The notes under the pieces were generated by a model. That model had not been told where the DNA came from. It made no database searches and saw nothing but the letters and a program-made list of their open reading frames with translations. Below, piece after piece: positions 57,177-64,000 of a stretch of DNA of 64,000 bases (its first letter is position 1; each line of letters starts with the position of its first letter). Origin of the DNA: Nymphaea colorata (taxonomy: Eukaryota); assembly GCF_008831285.2 (NCBI RefSeq), contig NC_045138.2, positions 10,292,001 through 10,356,000 on the forward strand, in the 5' to 3' direction. Made by a program: the position numbers and the translations under genes.

Positions 57177-58579
57177 CTGCCATGACATTACAAATGCTTT
57201 AATTGGTAAAATGTAACATAACACAACATGGTCGTAATTGAGTAATGAACATGCCCACTTAAATTGTAACATAACACAACATGAAAGTGTCAGAGAGGCT
57301 TTAAGTTTTAGCTACATATATGGCCTCAGAAAAAACATTTTACACATACGTAACGATATATATAACAGTGAAGAACAGAAGAAATAAAAAAAAACATTGA
57401 CATCAATGACACTTGAAGACAGAGAAGTGCATAAGATTAGACCTTCAATGGTCTCCATGGTGTCATTATCTTCTACCAAAAACATCGTGAGTCACAACAC
57501 TAAGAAGATTTTGCAACGCTCGTCAAGTGGAAGTGCAACAAATGTGACAAAGATATACCTGAAAGCCCAAAAGAAGTGTAATATTGATTCAACTAAAAAA
57601 TTGAGAAACGTACTTTCTTTTGCAGGAAATGAATTACATATTGCATGTTGGTAAAGAGAACACAGCCATTGAGCCAAGAAAGTGAAACCAGTAAATATAG
57701 AGCTAAAAGAACTTTGCATGCCATCCAAAAATGAAAAAGGAAAACAGGAAACAAGTCACCAAAAAACCAAGCAATGAAGAATGACTTCAAGAAATAAGCT
57801 CCATCTCTGAGAAAAAAGAATTGTAGCCTCACCTATGTGAACCATTCAGTGTTATGGCTGCAACTTTGTGATCCTGAAATCTATGAAATTATGATCAAGT
57901 TAGATCCTGAGAACATTGAAGTTAAACACTGCTAAACACTGCTGGTTCCAAAGAAAAGAAAAAGTCCAATTAAAATGCACAACCTTTGAACCGGTATTGC
58001 AACTATTTAGTGCAACGGACTTGTTAGATGTCATACAGGCTCCTCCATCAACAGTTTTCATACTATTTCTGTTTGTTCTTGCAAGGGCCCACTGCATCAT
58101 TAAGTATTACTGTCTAAACCAATACAAATAACTATGAGTATTTATTATATGAGACAACGGAGGCAAAGACAATATATGAGTAATTCCATCAACAAGACCC
58201 AAAAAAGTAAAATAAAATTATCATAGATTGAAATATCTTACTGACTCAAGAAGGAACACAAGTAACAATGTCAAATAGCAACGCTCACACAATTTAAGTT
58301 CTTCACTGTTCATCACCACAAGCCTTTGCAAATCAACCATAGGCTTAAAAAGGACCAGCCAACAGTTTCCAACATGATACGTTGTAATCACCCCAAATTT
58401 TTCTAAAAGATTATGATGTTTTATCCAAGTGCGAAATTCAAATTTAGGCACAAGATTCAAATCCAAAATACAACTCTTAGATCCAAATTAAATCCAAAAT
58501 ACAACTTTCAGATCCAAATTAAATCTAAAATACTATTTTCAGATCCAAAACCCAAGTTCAGATCCAAATTGATCATTTA

Positions 58580-59075
58580 AGACTCATTTGCCCCTCCTTT
58601 TGACAAAAAAGTCTCCTTTTAGAGGGTGATTTTAGTCTTTTTGGGTGGACAAGACCAAATTTGCCATTCCTTTTGACAAAAAGTCTCCTTTTAGAGGGTG
58701 ATTTTAGTCTTTTTGGGTGAATAAGACCAAATTTGCCCTTCCTTGACAAAAAGTTTCCTTTTAGATGATGATTTTAGTCTTTTTAGGTGGACAAGACCAA
58801 ATTTGCCCTCCCTTTTGACAAAAAGTCTCCTTTTAGAGGGTGATTTTAGTCTTTTTAGGTGGACAAGACCAAATTTATCATTTTTTTTACAAAAAGTCTC
58901 ATTTTAGAGGGTGATTTTAGTCTTTTTGAGTGGACAAGACCAAATTTGCCCTTTCTTTTAACAAAAAGTCTCCTTTTAGAGGGTAATTTTAGTCTTTTTG
59001 GATGGATATGACTCATTTGCCCTTTCTTTTGACAAAACAATCATCATTTAGAGGGTGAGTTTAGTCTTTTTAAGT
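58580..59075. repeat. Tandem repeat of ~70 bp, about 7 copies, in the LTR U3 region
   Basis: Unit AGACCAAATTTGCCC..TTTTGACAAAAAGTCTCCTTTTAGAGGGTGATTTTAGTCTTTTTGGGTGGACA. Confidence 0.93.
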
Positions 59076-59408
59076 CAAAAAATTCAAATTTAGGGTTTTG
59101 GCTCTAAAATCCTCTATAAATACCCTCCATATCCCCCCTCATGGGCAAGATTAGCCCTTGGGAGAAACTCTAGTGTATTCTCAATTGAAGACTTAGAATT
59201 TCTCTTGAGCTCTCTCTTTCTCCCTCTTCCACTCTTTAACTTGGAGCAAACTACAACCCTCTTGGAGACATCATCTTAGAGCTTCACTCAAAGGGGATCT
59301 TCAAGTGAAGGTGTTCATCTTCCTTAGGTCATTTCTCATTAGAGGTATGTAACCATCATCCCTCTCATTTCTCTTTCATTTTCTCTTCTCATCTTCATCT
59401 ATCTATGT

Positions 59409-60330
59409 CAAAGGGAATAGCACTCAACCTCTTTTTAGAGACAAGAGGCTATGCTCAAGCGCACCGGGGGCCATGAAAAGATGAGATGATATTTTATTTT
59501 ATGATTAAATCATGTTCTTTTAAGCATTCTTGTTGTTGTTGTTCTTTCTCTTCGTTAATATCTTTTTGTTCTTTCTTCTCTTCAATATATTCTTGTTGTT
59601 GTTGTTCTTTCCCTTCATGAATATATTCTTGTTGTTATTGTTATTTCCTTTCTTTAGTATATCCTTGTTCTTGTTATTTTCTTTTCTCTCTTCCTCCTCT
59701 TCTCATAGCCAAAGGAGATAGCACTCAATCTCTTTTTAGAGACAAGAGGCTATGCTCAAGTGCATTGGGAGCATGAAAAGATGAGAGGACCTTTCATTTC
59801 ATGATTGAATCATGTTTCCTCTTTTATTGAATATAGCATTGTCTTTCTTTCTTCATTTTCTCATTTTCATCTTCCAATGGCCAAAGGAGATAGCACTCAA
59901 TCTCTTTTTAGAGATAAGAGGCTATGCTCAAGTGCATTGGGAGCATGAAAAGATGAGAGGATCTTTCATTTCGTGATTGAAGCATGCTCTCTTTTATTAA
60001 ATATAGCATTGTTTTTCTTTTTATATTTTTTCTTCATCTTCATCTCCCCATGGCTAAAGTAGGTAGCATTCAATCTCTTTTTAGAGACAAGAGGCTATGC
60101 TCAAATGCACCGGGAGCATGGAAAGATGAGATGATCTTTCATTTTAATCATGTTCTTTCTTTTCATGAATGCATTCTTGTTGTTCTTTTGCTTCCTCATA
60201 TTTTCCTCTATTTCTTATTTCCCTATGGCCAAATGAGATAGCTCTCAGTCTCTATTTTAGAGTCAAGAGGCTATACTCAAGTGCACCGGGAACATGAGAA
60301 AATGAGGTGACATATCATTTCATAGTTACA
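59409..60330. repeat. Repeat of ~173 bp, 5 copies, inside the LTR
   Basis: CAAAGGAGATAGCACTCAATCTCTTTTTAGAGACAAGAGGCTATGCTCAAG at ~59409, 59710, 59882, 60056 and 60230. Confidence 0.9.
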
Positions 60331-63251
60331 TCATGTCCTCCCTCCGAATTGAACCTTACACTTTCTGTCATCCTCTTTCTCTCTTTCATTCCTTGAATGT
60401 TGTCTATATATTATCCATGCATAGTTGCTTGGTTTTTTTTTTTTATTTATTTTTTTACTTATATGTGAATGTATGGTGGGAATGAGAGTGTGGTTTGGGG
60501 ACTCTTTATTTTTATATTAATTTTTGAGGTTGGGACTTGTCCAACCTGGGATATACCCTCACGAAAATGTACATGTCATTTTGCACTAGTTTCCTTTTTA
60601 ATCATCCCATTAGGAACCCTAACGAGTGCCTCGTTGTGTTGCTTGTTTTCTTCTATACCCAATGGTAGAAGAAATATATCCCTTACAACAAACTAAATAA
60701 TAATATTTTATGCTTATATAAATCATATTTTCCAAAACATTTTCAAAAGGAACCTTCTAACATGGCCTTAGGGACTTAGCTTAGACTCTTGCATGAGTCC
60801 AAGCTCCCTTCCGGCCCACATTAAACTTGAAGTTAATAATTTTAAGTTGTTCCTTGATTTCTAATCTTGTGAAGGTATGGATGTATACACATGTTATATA
60901 CATCTATGCTAACATGATGACCCCTCATCTTTCCCTCTATGCTTTCACTTTTCATTTTATAAATTTTCATATGTGCATGAATACGCATGTACATGTGCTC
61001 CATTTCCTCTCTTTCAAATATTTATTCCTCTTTTCAAGACAAATATCTTCTCTTATAAAATTTCTCATACCCATATATACGTATGACATTTTTCTTTTCC
61101 TCTAAAATCTCTCTTTCTTTTCAAATCAATACATCTTTTTCTCTTAAGCTTCATATATGTGTATGTGATGGTATGTATACATGTATGCATGTCTTTCTCT
61201 ATCTCTCTCTCTTTCTTTTCATAGGAGTGTTTTATCTCTTGTATTCTTTTTAACATTCTCCTCTCACGAACTTTCTATTTACCAACTTCATTAAGATCAC
61301 AAACTAAGTATTGACCCAATATTAGAATCTTGCTTGATGGTCTACAATCCCTATCCTTTTTTAAAAACTTTTCCTTCTTATATACAATAATTATAACAAC
61401 GAAATCTTATATGTATGTTGTGGTAGGAATGACTTTAGATGAATGTTGTGGTATGAATGTTTTACATTCTTTCAATCATATAGGGTAAATGCATCCATAC
61501 ATTCTCACCCACTTTATTTCACTTATGATCACAAGCACCTCTCCAAAAGAACTTAAGCAAGAAGGGATGGAGCTCTAGTTAGGTGGTAACCGAATTAGAG
61601 CAAAATCTCAAACCTACTTAAAGTCTTAAGATAACACTAAAGTAATTTCAAAATGATTTCACAAGTTTTTCAAATGATATTTACTAGTTCTACTTTTTCC
61701 TCAAAACATTTCACATTTTCAAGCAATTTCAAAAGTTTGAAACTTCAAACTTTCAATATTTTCTACACTGAATATAGAATAAAAAAGATGTTTAAGTTAA
61801 AACAAAATGCATGAATGATAAACATATCCCTTGGGTTGATTACCCCGGTAAAGGCGCCGGGAACGGTCGATCCTCGTACCGTCGGGCGAGTCCCTTTCTT
61901 TCCTCTTTCAAAATAAAAACCTCATTTTTCTGGAGTACTCCAAAACCAATGAAAATTTTGGGACGCAAACATACGTGCATCCAAAACACTATTCTAAATA
62001 AGACATAACCTCAAGGAAAATGCAACTATAATACTTTTTGTGACAACATAACAAAAAAGAATATGAAGATTAAGCACCTTCTCATAATGCCATATGCATA
62101 GAGTCCTTGTCAACCCAGTGGCAGATACCTCTCATCATATGGAATAATATGAACCAAAAAAATGCCATAAGAAGAACATAGCATTAACCTTGCATCCACC
62201 TCGTAAGAACACATGCAGGTCCAAAGAACTACCGATTGTAATCATCCCCTAACATATGGGGCAGACCATCCATTCATTAAACTTACCCGCTTGCTTGCAG
62301 TAAATCAAACAACAAGTGAAGATTCATCTTATTTTCTTTTGATATAGTATGAAGGTTCCAGACACCCGACATCTAGAGATAGAGACGAGACTGCCAAACT
62401 GTAGCATTACCATACAACTGATATTCTCTTCAGCAACACCAAAAAGCTTAACAAAACCTCTTCTTCCAAACAGTAAAAAATCACAACCCAAACCCTAGAG
62501 AAAGAAGATGGACGAGAATCGCAAAAATACCAACTTGACAAAACCTTCACTCAAGAAACGAACCACAACACAAAGAGAGAGAGAGAGGGAGGGGAAAAAT
62601 TACATACCACTGATAAGAAAAGATAGACGGGATGCCGGTGGGCCGTTGGCCAGTGGCTGGTGGCCAGATGGTGGTGTGGCCATGCTTGTGCAGGCCGTGC
62701 GGTGCTGTGAGGAGCCTAGAAGGGTGGTCGTCTGTTCGACGAAAGACTCAAAGAGGGAAGATGGGAAGAGAAAGAGCAAACAGGAAGAGAGAGAGCGGTT
62801 GGAAAGATGGAAGACCGAAGGCGAAGGGTGGCCTCAGGTCTGGTCATCTGGTCGTCAACGGAAGAGGGAAGATGGGAAAAAGAGAGAGAGGGAGAGAGGG
62901 AAGACGAGAAGAGAGAGAGAGGCAGAGCCGCAGTAGGAAAGACGGAAGACGAAGAGCGAAGATGGCGAGAGAGGGAGAGTCGGAGTGGGAGAGATGGAGA
63001 ACGAAAAAAAGAAAACCCTAAACCTTTTTCCCGCCTGAGAAGAAGTGAGAAGCATGAACCGGTTTTTTTAAAACCGTTAGTTTAATCGAGCCGAGTCGAG
63101 CTGTAACGAGTCTACTTGAGTGAACTCGAACTCGACTCGATTAGTTAAACGAGTCGACTCGTGAACTCGAGCTCGACTTGTTTAACTAATGAAGCAGCTC
63201 GAACTCGCTTACGAGTCGAGCTTGAGTAGCTCGACTCGTTGTGCACCCCTA

Positions 63252-64000
63252 TTTTTAATGAGCACCAACTTCCTTTTCAAAACTATTGAACCTTAACTCC
63301 ACCAAAGCCAATGACAAATCTGCCCATTCACATGCCTAGTCATGGCTGTACATCCTATGAAACTCACCCACCATCAGATTCTCTTTCTCTTAATCCAACC
63401 ACACCAGCATTGATATCTCAACCTTCTTCACTCGATCCTCCACACATTAGACAACCCATTCACACCCTTCAAATCATTACACGTTCCATGACTGAAATAC
63501 ATATACACAAAATTTTTTCATCGATTTTCTCTAGACCAGACTTTAACCTTGCTCATCAACTGTTCAATGATTGTAACCCATGGCAAATGAGTGACGCTCA
63601 CAAGTAACTCAACAACACATGGACTCTCGTTTCACCTTTGGCAAATCGCAATGTTGGATTTACAAAATAAAAGGAAAAGTTGATAGGGCCAATATTGAAT
63701 GCTAAAAAGGTCGACTTATGGCTCAAGGCAATATACAATAGTTAGACATCGACTATTTTGATTAGTTTAGTCTGGTTGTCAAGCAAACCACCATTTGAAC
63801 AATTATATCTCTTGCGATTAGTTTCAAATGGGTGAATTTGATAATTTGATGTAAATATTGCATTTCTCAATGAGGACCTCCAAAAATAATTTACATGGCT
63901 CAACCATAAGGCTTTGAATATGGATTTAATCTTGTTTGCAAATTAAACAAGGTTATATATGGGATCAAACAGGCTCCTAGAGTTTGGTCTCAAAAGCAAA
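63252..64000 (+). mobile_element. Decayed copia integrase tail and RT start, right half of the interrupted element
   Basis: FNEHQLPF, IITRS, NNTWTLV, GRLMAQG, DIDYFD*FSLVVK, AFLN, LNKVIYGIKQAPRVW. Confidence 0.82.

Larger units (their letters stand above)
58383..61971 (+). mobile_element. Solo LTR (3589 bp) of a large gypsy element, Ogre/Tat-like
   Basis: TGTAATCACCCC...GGGACGCAAACA; perfect TSD TACGT (58378-58382 and 61972-61976); CTATAAATAC ~59114; internal tandem arrays. Confidence 0.88.
54287..63251. mobile_element. Large non-autonomous hAT-type element carrying host gene fragments (Pack-hAT)
   Basis: TIRs TAGGGCTGAACAC / GTGCACCCCTA; dense CTCGA/TCGAG subterminal repeats 54300-54550 and 63085-63240; 8-bp TSD TTTTTAAC/TTTTTAAT; no transposase seen; the flanks rejoin to the copia peptide HIIFNEHQLPF. 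Confidence 0.88.

Noticed and set aside
58580..60330. Regular repeat arrays as a CRISPR-like locus
   Set aside because: Units are tandem copies without unique spacers, lie inside a TSD-bounded LTR, and no cas genes are present in this plant DNA
62508..63085. Arg/Glu-rich plus-strand ORFs
   Set aside because: Translation of the GA-rich strand of the hAT element's subterminal leader

Overview
Angiosperm nuclear DNA, mostly transposon-derived. Two host genes are supported: the last two exons of a DEAD-box helicase resembling Arabidopsis RH1/DDX51 (7268-7549, +) and an intact, intronless clade-A AT-hook/PPC (AHL) gene (39116-40048, +). Retroelements: an Ale-type copia with its 5' LTR (1-3191, -); a complete 2.8-kb non-autonomous gypsy-like element with TSD whose interior is a decayed ORF with no recognisable domain (3304-6082); a decayed copia lacking its 5' LTR (~14870-20404); and Ogre/Tat, LINE, SINE and other copia remnants. 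DNA transposons: several MITEs; a decayed CACTA whose two genes are convergent (~45900-53567); and a 9-kb non-autonomous hAT-type element (54287-63251). This hAT element carries exon fragments of unrelated host genes (an SRF-type LRR exon and a bHLH exon), sits inside a copia, and contains a 3.6-kb solo LTR. Family and gene assignments come from motifs recognised by eye; no searches were run.
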